A stretch of 63,705 bases of DNA, counting the filler, from Choristocarpus tenellus KU-1152 (lineage: Eukaryota > Protista > Phaeophyceae), in NCBI GenBank assembly GCA_964200185.2. It is 11 parts of 11 records of this genome, joined end to end, with 100 filler letters (N's around TTAATTAATTAA, not from the genome) between each part and the next. Parts side by side here need not be neighbours in the genome. Positions count along the whole stretch, not along the records: positions 1 to 11,709 come from CAXNAD020002174.1; positions 11,810 to 19,263 come from CAXNAD020006133.1; 9 more parts are not named here. One strand, written 5' to 3'. The translations under genes and the position numbers were made by a program. The first letter of the stretch is position 1. Each line of letters starts with the position of its first letter. This document shows positions 1-12,968 of this stretch, in pieces. The notes beneath the pieces are model-generated. The model did no database searches. It was given only the letters and a program-made list of their open reading frames with translations, and was not told the origin of the DNA.

Positions 1-131
1 CCCTCTTTTAAAATAGAAGTAGGGAACACCAAAACGCCCCAGAAAAGCGTGACTGTGGGGGGCCACGGGGGGAAGGGGGGGGGGGGGGGGGGGGGACTCT
101 CTGTGACTCCTCATGTATGAGACTTCCTTGC

Positions 132-3100
132 CTGGCATGATGGGTCAAAGGCCAAAATACGTGCCCAGATGCAGATAAGCACCTGACGCAGCTCCACCGC
201 AGGGGCCTGTGTCAAAGATTACAGGGGAGTATCAATTAGGATACTTATATTATCAACATGAGATGTATGGTTTGCTTCTGCAGGATAGGATTGGTAACAG
301 CTAGTGAAAGTGGACCCTGGACCATTTGCCATCGAGTTTCAATAAACAGGGTGACTTCAGGACTACGTCTGTTCACTTGGAACACACTCCTTCTGCAGCA
401 GTAACAATAAAAACACTGTGAATGATTCATGCCCCCCTCCCAGGTCACACAATTGTGTTGCTCTTCCTCCTATAAACAAGTAAGTTCTTCATCCACACAA
501 ACCTTAAATTACAACTGTAAGTCTGAACAGTGGCCAATTAACTACCCACTTGGCATACAAACGAAAAAATCAACAAACAACACAATCTCATACATTATAG
601 ATATACACAACCTGTTACCATGAGACAACTCACTCCATACTGATGCAATGCCTGCACTTGTTCTCAAGCATGTCGAGCACACTAAAAAAGTCTAGTAAAT
701 GACAAAACATGCAAACACACAACATACAAAAACACACTCACCTGCAACAGCTTAAGCACATAGGGGAAGATACCCACAGACAGGGATAAGTTCACCGCCC
801 ACGGCCCAAGATCCAGGAAGCGCCTGAGGAGCACCAGCGCCCTAAGACGATGTGCCTTGAAGACAGCACAGTATAAAGGTAAACGTATATACGCAACACT
901 CACATACACACACAAACATTTTCTTAATGCACAGGCAAAAGTAAAATGCAAGAAGGCTATTCTGATGAAGGAGAGGAGGGGATAGAATACTGCTGGAACA
1001 CAAGACATTGGCAGCAAACATCCGCAACCCAAAAATACAAACCACATAGTCAGTGACCGAGTGCCCCCCAATATGGGTTGAGCTTTTCACTGTATGTCCA
1101 CTCACTCAGCCAAAATGAACCAATGAAACCTCTTCATTCAAATCCTTTTGATCGTGCAACTTCAACAAGGATCGCCACACGCAGGAAACATTTCCAACAG
1201 TTCACCCAATCTTGACTTTCACAGCTTCTGTGTCACTACACATCACTCTCACCACCAGCATCTCCTACAGAGAAATTCCTCCCAATTCCAAGAAAAATTA
1301 AAATCATGTACTCACCAGAAACTGACTACTCTAATAAAGACATTTGCAAATAATGCAGTGAAAGTAGGAAGGAATTATCCTATTGTCACCTGGCTAAGCA
1401 ATACTTGCAGCACCACAGGGAGCTGCTCTGGAGGCCTTGGGCATACCCCTCCCTCCAACGACCTGGTGGCCTCAGTGGATAGCTCCAACCATACCCCAAA
1501 CGCCATGAGTTGCTCACGAAAGAAGCCATCAGGAGCCGGGTGCAGACCCTACACAAAAAAATATATGTTTAAAATAGCACCACAGTAAACACAAAAAACC
1601 CCATTAAAATAGCACCACAGTAAACACAAAAAAAACATTTAAAATAGCACCACAGTAAACACAAATAAAAAACATTTAAAATAGCACCACAGTAAACACA
1701 AACAAAAACATTAAAATAGCACCACAGTAAACACAAACAAAAAACATTTAAAATAGCACCACAGTAAACACAGGACGGCATGGATTGGGAAACGGAAGGA
1801 GAGACACGGAGAGACCTGGATCACAAAATGTAGCTGTGTTCCAAATATACATAGTATCTCCTCACATACGTTGAAAAACACTGCTGTTTTGATTGGCTCA
1901 TCTGTTCTACCATCGAGCTGGTATACACACAGCTTGAAGTTGCTTGTTCTAAGGTAGAAAGGTTGCTTGCTAGTTCTTATCTTGTAATACTGACCACATG
2001 CTCGGGTTTTGGGTGAAAAATTGAGCGCATGTGTGCGTCTCATGGTTCTGCAGCTTAATTTTAGTATATGTTGAGAATAACAATAAAAAAAAGGACAAAT
2101 AATACCCATCTATACGGCTGCAAACGGAACTGCAGAAAAATAAGAAGGCAAAAAAATCTGGTGTGCACCACGCATCCTTGAATCCACAACAAAAAAAAGG
2201 TTTTAAATATCGACCATATGGAACCTCCTTTTGGACATGACCTCAACAACAGCACACATGAGGTAAAATAACGTGACAAGCTTGATATCATGGTCAAAAG
2301 AGAGGTGCACTTCTGAGCTGCAACATATTATTGCATAGGGTGGCAACATGCCACTCCCCTCCTCACCCCAGCCTATAAACAGCATGCAGTTGATCACACC
2401 AGCTATAGAGCACATTTAGTGCTAAAATAATACACAGCAGCAATGTGCCATTACTTCATTGTGGGCCCATTTAAGTCACATGTCATCAACCAAGTTCCAT
2501 ACCCCAACCTCATGCCCCACATGCATTTCCAGTCACACCTGTCCCCCCTGACCAAGTGGTCCCAGCGATTTATGGGGAATGGATTTCCTCATGGCATGAA
2601 GGCGACTCAAGCCTGTCTCTGCTGCTAGGTCCCATGACTGCCACAAAGGGTGCTGGCATGTAGGGGGAAGCCGTGGGTATGACATAGGCGTGCAGTTCAG
2701 GCTCCTGAGAGGATATAGGTCAGTGAGAAAGGAAGGGACGTTGGGATCAGTGGAGGGGTGAGCAGAGTTTCACAAGCATAAGTTGTGCACAGCAATATTC
2801 TTTTGTTTGAATTAATGGCACAAGAAGGAGTCTGTGACCTATTTGGGCAATCAAGTTGTAAATTAATTACTTCATAGCACTAACTAATCCTCATTGGATA
2901 TAATCCCTCCCGAAACAACTACCCTCAAGCAATGAGGTCTGCATGCCATTCCACAGCTTCCCCCCATTCCACCCTCATCACCTGAGCATCCTATCTGCAA
3001 GGAGAAAGTTTCGGAAAAGGCTCGCCACAAGCAGATCCTGCCGGAAGAGCTTCTGGAACAGAGTTGAAGGGAGGGTATTCCATGCAATGGCGTCCATTAT

Positions 3101-6100
3101 TGCTGTGAAGATCCAGTTAAGCTCTCCAAGGGGCGTCTTACGCTCGCCCAGCTTACCTGGGATCTCATCCACCCAGTCTGGGTCCACATACTCCATCGAC
3201 AGCTTCCATGGGGACAGTGCGTGTGGGAGGGGTTGGAACCGTGGTGGGGATGGAAATAGAGAGAATTGAATTGGCATGTTCACAGTGCAGAACTGATATG
3301 GGTGAGGGGAGCATCCTGAAAAATGGCAAACAGGGACAGGGCTATGGCAAATAAGGTTTCTGGAGGGAAACTTTCTCGAGAGATGTTGTCATGTCAAACA
3401 AAAGTCAGGAAGACTGCTGAGTCAGACTCAAGTATAGTTCGCCCTGCAGTATCATTACCCCAAGTCGTATCTTGCAATTTTATCTCAAGAATCCCAAATA
3501 TCATAGGTGAATCATGGGCATACCAAAGTGGCCAAGTCAAACTCATGACAGAAGCTAAATAAGGCAAGACGAACATTCCATTCAAAGACAAGGCAACGGT
3601 TTCGTAAAGCACACCTTATGAACACGAGCCATGCAATATCCACTAAACAGGGGCCATCAAATAAGCATCCCACCCCTTGAGCACTCGATCCTCTCTGCTA
3701 AGTACTCACAGCTTCAGAACAGTTGCACATAGGACACAAGCACCCTTCCCTCTTTCCCCTCTCTCTCCCCACTTTACAAATCAGGAATCCCTCCCCTCAC
3801 TGTATGTGGTACTTCAACACCCACAAGTGTATCCATCCTTACCTTGTTCTTCCAGATGAACCACCGCAGAGCAATGGGAATAGGTGTTGTGAGACAAGAT
3901 GTGAAAAGGTCCGCAGGAAGTTCTGGGTTCATTGGGAGCTTCTCATTGGCCCCACAGCATGCCAGGACAATGCAATCCTTGGAAGCCCTTGCTGCCGCCT
4001 CTGCTGCTGCTGCTGCTGCTGCTGCCTGTGCTTGGGCTGCTGCTGTTGCAGCTGCAGCCAACGCTTCGGATGTGTACCCATTTTGACCTCCCACTCCTCC
4101 ATTAGGAGGGGTAACAGGGGATCCATTATGCATTGTGTGGGATAAATGTTGTTGGCCTGAGAGTGGGCAAGTTGTGGAAGGGAGGAAAAGAGTGGAAGAA
4201 ATGCATAGGGGTGAATAGCAGGGATTGACACTATCTCAACCAACCTGACAGCAAGCACTACACCTCCTTCCCTACATATTATCCTTCTAGGCACCCCAGT
4301 AAAAAGAATGGAACCATCAACAACAAAAAAAACAACTATCCACACTCACGATCAGCACGATTGACATGCCCACTGCAATCCCCGCCCATGCCCCCTCTCC
4401 CACCACCAGGACCTGCACCTGCCCCAACAATTCCTTCTGCCCCAGCCTCAGTTGCTCCCCCCTCCTCCTCATCTTCCTCTGTCGGTTCCACAGCAGTGAG
4501 GTGTGGCATCAGGTGGCCAGCTGCAGAGCAGTCAAGGACAAAGATGGAGGGAGTCCCAGCCCAAAGCTTGATGTCGTACACAGATAATGGGATGTACTGT
4601 GTGTATGTCTGAGATAGGAATGGGTAGGGATGACATAATTGGGTGGATGGGTTGATGGATGTGTAGAGGGGGGGGGCTAGGCAAGAAGCAGAAGGCACTC
4701 TCAAAAATTAGTAAACAACAGCAAGGCTGAGCAGTGCAAAAAAATCTGAAGTAGTAATAGTCAGCAGAGGCTGGGCAAAAGGAGTGGAGGTCATGCAACA
4801 CAACACCTGCAAGCACATACCCTGTTGAAAACCCACACTTCCCCCTGCTCGCTGGGCCGGGGCACTCCATGGCCATTGTAGTGGATCAGGGCACGATCAT
4901 TCTTGGCACTCTTCCTCACACTGAGGCACAGCTTCCGGACTTCATCCACTGTGGGGTCAAGGCTCTGCTTGTACTTGGCCCTGCATCAGATACATTGTTG
5001 GGAATGACCAGGGACAACAGAGAAGCACAAAGAGGAGGGGGAAGGCGGATTGCATGAGCAAAGGAAGGTGAGAGGGGTGTTTTCATTCTTCTAGAGTACT
5101 CATTCACCGTACCTCCCTCCCCCACAATCAATCCAACCAACCTTATCCCTAACCCTAATCAATGATAAAATTTACCAGAAAGATCTACAAGAATAACAGG
5201 CAAACACGGATCACGGATCAGAAGATGTGCCGCAATTACTCTTCCAAACGACTGCACCATTGCAAATCTCCAGCAGAGCAGTACACAACTTGAAAAAGTA
5301 AACAATAAAAGCATTGGGGAACAGATCTATCTTGTATCATGCCGTAATATAATAACAAAGATAATCATATACCCGTACAACAGTGGAGAAATGGAGGTCA
5401 TTGAACCAGTGCTACACATTAGAATTAAGATACTGACAGTTATTTCTTAAAGTGAAGCTGGGGATCGTTATAACTCTTATCAAATACCCTGACATTCTCC
5501 TTGTCAGGACATACCCACCTCACTCTCTGAATCTCGCTCAGGGACAAATTTTATCAATGATTTGTTGCTGTTGCACAATTGTGATGTCATCAATATGATT
5601 ATTGTAGGAGGTGAGCGAGGTGGGTATTAGTGCATGGATGCATAGACAATATCAGTTGTGTACATTCCATCTACATTTGGTGCTAAAAATTAGCAGATCG
5701 GACCTCATTAACCCATCAAGTTCGAACCAAGTCAAAAACTACCTACTCCTACGCCCTATGCCTCATGTATGCACTGGAGCAGCATATCCATCAAGTGTTC
5801 AAGCCTCTTCCCCTCTTGTCTTCTATCCTTCACCAAAAGCACACTCCAAATAATGTCAAGCCGATAAATGATCCATTATAGATTTTCACTCATACAAACA
5901 AGCACCACACCACCACCCACAAAGGGAAACTTTGACTACAACTCGAAATTCCCATTCATGGAAAGCAAACACAAAAGGTACTGTACACCTGCACACATAA
6001 ACACACCATACACGACAATAGCCAGTCAGCCAACTTTAAATATTAAAATTTTGAGAGTCACCCTAAACACATATCAAATGAATGCATGCAAAATCTTATG

Positions 6101-8011
6101 CTTCACTCCACAGTGGATGGATTAGAACCCCCGCTATGTTTCATGAAAACATAATCCTCAGCCCAGGTTCACAGTCCCCACCCCAAGCACAGTTATCCTC
6201 CAGCCCCAACACCTAAGTACACCACACTCATCCCCCACACCTTCCCCTTTCTCCATTTTCCCCATTTGTGGCCTCTACTTGCCTGGGTTGCAGCTTCTCA
6301 TACTGGTCTTGAAGGGCCCGTCCGATGCTTTCACTAGCCTTTGACCTGGTCATGGAGGAGGGGTCAATCCAGCACTCCTTGACGGCACAAGGGTCTGTTC
6401 TCACTGCATCAGGTGGATCAGTGCCTGGAGCACAGCAGAGATGAGGCATGTCCAGATATTGGATGAGAGTGAATAGGGTGTGGGGAGAGTGCATATAGCT
6501 GATGGCAAGGGTTTGATTTCAAAATGTCATGAACAATTGTTGGAATACATAACTAACATGTTGAAGGTCATGACCTTGAGAAGACAGGAATAAGGGAAGG
6601 GTAATCACTACATTACTGTGCAAGGGAATGGTGGGGAGAGAGGAATCAACACAACTGACCCTAAAAGCTCCGGGCACTGTGCGGAAAACCTACCCAACCA
6701 AACACCGTGAATCCTTACAGCAGAAACCCTCTGTTGTTGAGTTACTCAAACATTGCCAGTCGCTTTCAATTGAACCTTCTGTACTGCCCTACACTGTGAC
6801 TCTCCAATGCCCCCCAACTGACCTATGTTGAGGCATAAAATTAGCCCCACATTTGCAGTCCTCATGCGTTCCCGGAACCGCCACTTGGCATTCTGTTGCT
6901 TGGTCAGGTCCCGCTTCCCCCCTCCCTCTCCTCCTTCGCGTCCTGTACCGAAAACGTCGTTGCTGTGCCGGTCCTCTCGCAACAGAATCGGTTTATCCAG
7001 TCTTGCCATTGACATTGCATCACAATCTGGACATCCAGGGACCAGCTCAGAGTTGGCAGTCATCAAGGCCAAGGGCAGTGGAGGTGGGGATGGGAGCTTT
7101 GAGGAAACCTGATTCTGGCTGGCAGTCACACTTGAGCTTGAAGATCTTGGGAAGGTGTCCACACTGGCTGACATGTTGGTAGAGAGAGCGAGACCCCGCT
7201 GGGCCCTGCCATCTGACAATCCTAGACTGTCCACCCCTTGAGGACCTCCCTGAAGACGCTGTTGAGGAAGGGAGGAATGTGGGCCCTGCAAGGCCATTGG
7301 ATGTCCTGGATTTACCTGTGAATGACCCTGTCTTAGCACCTGTCCACGATAGGTGTCATCGCCGGCATCTGCGGATCGTCTCCAGCCTGCTTGGAGTCGT
7401 GACTGCCCTCCACCTAGTCCGACTTCTAGTAATGCAGAAGCACGACTAAGATCTTGTCCAGCAGGTAGGCTTCTCCTCTCGCCCTTCCCACTGAGATGGT
7501 TTTTTGGTCCCGATCTATGTGTCAGACCTGCCTGTGGGGCAGGTGTCCATTGCCTAGAGTCTCCCTTCCACCCGACTGCACCCTGAGCGTTATTAGCAGG
7601 CCAAACGTGATCGGGGTCACCACCATTCCCAGTCCCGGTGCTATATTCACGTGTTGGCGAGTACTGTCTAGAGTTGGTAGGGTACTGTCCTGGTCCAGGT
7701 CCAGGTACCCTTCGATTTGGGTGCTGCCAATGATGGGGGGTAGTTTGCTGTGCTTGCACCTGTGGATACGCACCTTGCCCCTGTGCGGGTGCTCCATCAG
7801 CTTGTACATTTTGTCCGACTGCCACCCATGACTGATGGCTTGGGGCAGGACCTAGACTGGGAGGCTCCAGAATGGGTCGACCTCCAGGGTTATGTCCATG
7901 AAGTTCGGCTGTTCCAGAAGTGGGGGCGGCGTGGGGTGCCTGGGCTATCTCCTCCGCCTTCCTTGCCAGCCGGTCCATTCCACCGTGTCCTTGCCCGTCG
8001 TTATTTAACAT
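132..8011 (-). CDS. RPTOR: Raptor/KOG1 (TORC1 scaffold), 5' part; gene runs off the left edge
   Basis: Exons: 8011-6823 (…[18 protein letters not shown]), 6424-6283 ([21 protein letters not shown]), 4980-4821 ([10 protein letters not shown]…[10 protein letters not shown]…VWVFN), 4608-4350 (TYTQYIPLS…[12 protein letters not shown]), 4156-3843 (DCIVLACC…[14 protein letters not shown]), 3202-2982 ([15 protein letters not shown]…[18 protein letters not shown]), 2704-~2539 ([10 protein letters not shown]), 1548-1390 (FFREQL…[15 protein letters not shown]), 855-742 (HRLRALVLL…[14 protein letters not shown]), 206-132 ([21 protein letters not shown]). These are Raptor RNC and HEAT/ARM motifs. All junctions are phase-consistent except 2539/1548, where one small exon is unresolved. 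Confidence 0.96.
1569..1772. repeat. Intronic minisatellite, 6 x ~35-37 bp
   Basis: Six copies of TTAAAATAGCACCACAGTAAACACA separated by 10-12 nt A-rich linkers, just upstream of the Raptor 3' splice site at 1549-1550. Confidence 0.95.
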
Positions 8012-8590
8012 TTCGTTAAATCTCGCCGCGAAGAACTGTACCTTACCTCAACGCGTGTGATGTCGTGTAGGTCGGGTTGCCCCCACGGATTCAGTAAGAC
8101 CCAAGTCACGAGATCAACAACTTTACCAAGTTGAAAGTTGAGCTGATTAATGTTCGACACAAACAGGGGGCAAGAAGGTGTAGAACCAAGTCCAGCTTCC
8201 CCTACACAAACGTCTTGTCAGCACAAACCAACAGTGGTAGGTCACGACTGCATGCCAGCCTATTTTTAAGAATAGGTAACATCCTCTGACAACTTACAGA
8301 CTAACACCAACAACATATTTCACACTATCACAAATGCTCGTCTATCCCAATTTCCAGTGAGAATCGTGCTGAAGACCTGGCGAAGCATTGGGGGATAGGA
8401 CGAAGAGGACTAAGGTATAGAGGGACACGCCTCATATACCATAAACTCCTTACTTTCTTGGTCATTTCTCAAATTTGACCAAAGTTGAAGAAGGGTTTAC
8501 AGTACGAAAGAAAGGGAGGTTGGGTGGTACTGTGCATAAATCCAGATAGAAGATAGTAAAAGAAGTCCTGTTTCGCTTCCTTTTTTTGGC
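8012..8590. promoter_or_regulatory. Putative bidirectional promoter region
   Basis: 579 bp between the divergent ATGs of Raptor (8011, -) and the cysteine protease (8591, +). No specific motif identified. Confidence 0.5.
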
Positions 8591-11500
8591 ATGCGTGGCT
8601 TGCGCTCCTTAACTCTGTATGTTTTCATATCTGGACTATGCTGCTGTTTTGGGAGAGATTACCATCTGTCATCGGCGTCGAATGACCGCTATGTCGAAGA
8701 GTTCAAACTCTGGATGTCAACGCACGGGGTAACATTCAGCACCAAGGGAGAGTTCAGGCGTCGTCTGGCCATTTTTTCCCAAAACAGGTGCACCAAGGTG
8801 GAGTGGTCCCAATCCCATTCAAAGAAGACGATACAAAATGGTCGTCGAAATATCTTGCTCATTTGCCAAGGAGGGGTGGGAAGGGGGATCAAATACGATA
8901 CGAGGTTCCAGACTATTGAAAAATTCGTTGCTAAGGCGATTGCAGTGCTTGCTAATGTAACACTTGTTCTCCATGGGCGCTATGAATGACTTCTACGTGG
9001 TACCTCCCATCTATGATCTACCCCCATCAACAGTGCCTTCATCAACGAACACAACAGTGTTAACGGTGCATCCTCCAGCTACATACTAGGTCACAATGAG
9101 TTCAGTCACCTCTCCTGGGAAGAATTCAAGGAATCGGTAAGTTACACTTTCCTGCCCCGATCATAGAATGTGCTTTACAACTCCTGGCTTTCGGTTTCTT
9201 GATCAACTGCACAGTGCCATTCAAGATTACTCTGTTTACCCTGGTCCATACACATTTGCATCTAGTCTTTCCATTATCTACACGACAATTTGAAGTAGAA
9301 GGTCATGATTATCATTGCAACTGGATGATTGTTTGGTTGAAGGTTAGGCACGAGGGGCACTGAAGATAGGATTGTGCCACTATAGTTTCTTCCCCTGTCA
9401 GAATTGATCCTCGAGGCGTTTTAGATCTCTGTGTTTTTCTGCTTACCTCTTTGTTGGTGCACGCTGACACGACGTACTTTTCCCACAGAATAGTGATTTT
9501 CTAAGGGTCATTCTTACAGGTCTTCTCTTGGGCGAGCACGCATACTCCGAGAACATCCCAGGAAGCGAAGGTCTTGCTATTTGTTCTTTGACAGGGTCAC
9601 ATTTTCCTTTAGTCACACAGCCACCGCAATCTCACCGAATATTTTTCCTTCCCAATAATCAACCAAAATTTTGCAGCATCTTGGCTACAGTCGTAGATCA
9701 TCACCATCAGTGAAGAATGATGCTGTCCAGACTTCTCCAACGAAGGTGGTTCATAACCAGGTTAGTTTGTCATCACTTGCTGCATTGATGTAAGGATAAG
9801 GTCTGCTTTCACTAAATGGTAGTTTTTTTCAACAGGTTGTGGTGACAATACTGTCATTCGCTGACCATGTATCACGGTCAATCCAATTCCCAAATGGAGG
9901 TTTTGAAGGCTGTCCATTTGGATGTTTGGTCCACTTGTGGCCTTGAATCATGCCATTTTCTAAAGTACCAATGTAATCGCAGTCGAAACAACTTCACACC
10001 GGAGTACCCCAAATGCAACAGCAAACCTTAATGGTGTCAATAGCCCCGGGGAATTCACAAACCTCCAAGTCACTTGAAGCTCATTAGGACCCTGGTGACC
10101 AATGTAAGCAGATTTTGTGAGGTAAAAGTATCTCAAGATGAGCAGTTTCATTGGGATTAGAAGAGATTATTATTTTTAATTACGCCCGCATGTACACTTT
10201 CTCAGGCTGACCATCCCCTGACCATCCCCTTTCCCTCCTCATCCCCATCACCAGCAGCATGGGAAGCATATTGCTGTCTCCCTCCGCAAGCTTGGTGCTG
10301 ATCTCCCTGATGAAGTCGACTGGGCTGCTGCTGGGGCAGTGGCTCCGGTGCAGAATCAGGTTTGATTTCCTGCATCTAAGGCAGTCGTTTTTTGTACCAA
10401 TCAAAGCATCTTCTCACTGTACATGTTTTGGTTTTTGTCATTTGGTATTACATTAACCCAGTTAATTCCCAATCTCTCCTCTTGTGACCGGGCACATCTT
10501 TGACACTTCTTCCTGGCTTGCCAATACATCTCTTAGCCTTCTTGTGAGATGCTATCCCCTCTCCCCCAACTCCTCCCTTTTTTCTTATTAATGGATCTCT
10601 TGCTATTCCTCTGTCAACCTGTGTAGTACTACTGATGTCCATTGGTCTATGATACACAACCTGCCTATGCCTACAAATGACCAACATGAGTCTTGTGTTT
10701 GACTCAATTGCTTGAATGGGGTGGAGGGTTGCAGGGCATGTGCGGATCGTGCTGGGCATTCTCTGCCATTGGTGCCATGGAAGGAGCCTACTATCTCCAG
10801 ACACAGCAACTGGTAAGCAGCAGGCCTTCAACAACGACATTACTTTCACATGCAAGATTCGGCCCTTTGCCCTTCCACACAAACACACACACCAATTTGC
10901 TGCAGATGAGAGATGTTCCATTCCAGCAACATACTAGCAACCAATTATCTATACTGTAGAACCTATGTCTCTCCTCCTTGCCCCTACCCTCAGTATTTTT
11001 TTCCTTGGTAGACCATTGGCATCTTTTTACATTGGCGGTGGATGCATGTGGAGTGGATTGTGGGTGTCATGCTGACCGGAATACTACTATGTATGGGTGT
11101 TATGATATGGAATTGCAGATGTGAAACAGGGCATCACATAATTCTTTGTTGGGCCCAATTGCTCTGTTGATTTTTGGAGCAGGCCTGCACTACCCCCTGC
11201 AAGCTCCTTGTCCCTCCAATTATCACCCCATAAACACTCCGAAACACACATGATTTGCACACAACTGGATGCATGTATAGGTGAAGTTCTCAGAGGAGCA
11301 ACTAGTAGACTGCGATAGAGAGGAAAAGGGCTGCCTAGGTGGTGACATGGCCCAAGCATTTGACTGGATCAAGGATAATGGAGGTGTCTGTGATGAAGAT
11401 GACTACCCCTATTCCGGCCTCTGGCCTCCCTTGAAGACCTGCAAGGTTGCCTGCAATGCTGTTCCGGGCACTGCTGTGTCTGGGTGGGGGCAGGCTGAGC

Positions 11501-11681
11501 CCACAAACGAGGGACTCATGGTGGCAGTCACCCAGCAGCCCGTGGCTATAGCTATCGAAGCAGACCAGCCAGCATTCCAGTTCTACAAGAGTGGAGTCTT
11601 CACAGCCACCTGCGGAAACAAGCTTGATCACGGTGTACTGCTGGTTGGGTATGGAACCAGTGATGAGGGTACTGACTACTG
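8591..11681 (+). CDS. Papain-family (C1A, cathepsin L-like) cysteine protease with signal peptide and I29 inhibitor prodomain; 3' truncated by gap
   Basis: Exons 8591-8787, 9034-9136 (FINEHN…LGHNEFSHLSWEEF), 9677-9760, 10255/10258-10359 (LPDEVDW…VAPVQNQ), 10735-10812 (GMCGSCWAFS, catalytic Cys), 11281-11681 (SEEQLVDCD, GCLGG, LDHGVLLVGYG catalytic His). All GT-AG and phase-consistent. The KNSWG exon is missing. Confidence 0.96.
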
Positions 11682-11709
11682 GTGAGAGGGGGTGTGATGG
11701 GGGAATGGG

Positions 11710-11809
11710 NNNNNNNNNNNNNNNNNNNNNNNNNNNNNNNNNNNNNNNNNNNNTTAATTAATTAANNNNNNNNNNNNNNNNNNNNNNNNNNNNNNNNNNN
11801 NNNNNNNNN
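11710..11809. other. Artificial contig-joining spacer (first of ten)
   Basis: N44-TTAATTAATTAA-N44, with stops in all six frames. Same spacer at 19264-19363, 22325-22424, 29038-29137, 33513-33612, 36293-36392, 42407-42506, 45890-45989, 50871-50970, 60702-60801. Confidence 0.99.
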
Positions 11810-11899
11810 AGTGTCGCAACATTTACAAAAAAAAACATATGGGCACTTTCCGCGCACCATTTTGGGTCAAACTCATCCTCCATAGTATGCTCCATCCAA

Positions 11900-12020
11900 T
11901 TTTGGTGATCGACTGTTACTTCCCAACGAATACAAAAATAGCCAAAATTACATCAAAATCGCAACATTGAATTTTGGCCCCTAAATGGACACGGCCCTAC
12001 CCTCTAAGATAAATTGGCTC
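11900..12020 (-). mobile_element. MITE family A, partial copy near contig start
   Basis: …CAAAATCGCAACATTG…AAATGGACACGGCCCTACCCTCTAAGATAAATTGGCTC matches the end of the copies at 18076-18333 and 27501-27760. Confidence 0.8.
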
Positions 12021-12440
12021 AAGAGGCACACCATGCACTTACTTTGATCTTGTCGCACCCACCATCAGGGCTCTGTGCTGTACCCACCAAAGCCCGAGTG
12101 AGCTTTTCCGTGCAGTAGATGATTGGTTCATGCCTAATACAGTGGGTAATAGCCAATATTTGTTCCATGAGTTTTTCTCTTTTAAGGTGGAGAAGGGGGT
12201 GAATCCCCTCCTGACCTTAACCCAATTGGAGGAGCTACGGGGGAGGATGCCATTAATGGACCTCGTCATCTCGGACAAGCTGCTGCTCCGGCAGTTTCTG
12301 AGTACTCTTGGATCAGATTACTATACCAAGATACACATGATGGCCTCGAGGAGGACACTATGTTGAACAGAAGTAGTGAAAACTGTTAGAGAGCGATATG
12401 CTTCCCTTCATGAGGGGAAGGAGTCAAGACACAAGAACAG
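12021..12440 (+). mobile_element. Decayed Ty1/copia gag fragment
   Basis: SPSELFRAVDDWFMPNT…GVNPLLTLTQLEEL…FLSTLGSDY…VVKTVRERY with an in-frame stop. Aligns by eye with the copia gag at 37153. Confidence 0.65.
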
Positions 12441-12968
12441 GCACACGCTTTGGTTGGTAGCACCTCATCACAAAGGAAGAATCAGTCTCATCATAACAGC
12501 GAAGGTCGTGGGATAGAACGTAAATTTCACGCTTGAAGAAAGAAAAATGGTTCTAGTTCCAACCCTAAAAGTTCCGAGAAGATTCTTTGTGAGAGGTGCG
12601 GTAATGTGCAATTTACCTTGGGAGGTAATGCTATTTATCAACAATAGTGAAAACAAGAAGGTGTAAAGCCTCACACGATCCCCTTTGCTAAATGTGAAAG
12701 AATGGATGGAATTAGAAGAGTGACCTTTATGGATTGTCTTCTATTGCTTTGTTATTATTTGTCTCATACGTAAGCCAACGGTTATGTCAAAGTAGTTGAA
12801 TGCAGAATAATAACCCATACATATTCCCATTCATAATCTGGATGTACCATCCCATTAGTTACATCTCTCATACACAAAATAAGGTACACCTCACTATTGT
12901 CCTATTTTGCACAACCCCATGAGAGTACAGGCAATGAACTCTCAAACCTAAAACATCTTATTCTTCAC

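Noticed and set aside
1569-1772. CRISPR-like repeat/spacer pattern
   Set aside because: The linkers are only 10-12 nt, A-rich and similar to each other; the array is in a eukaryotic intron with no cas genes. It is a minisatellite.
11754-11765. Recurrent TTAATTAATTAA palindrome
   Set aside because: Always centred in a 100-bp N block; an artificial linker.
12468-12830. Gypsy/Polinton integrase C-terminus (FSKGDRVRL…GTFRV)
   Set aside because: Too short and degenerate; no catalytic core nearby.
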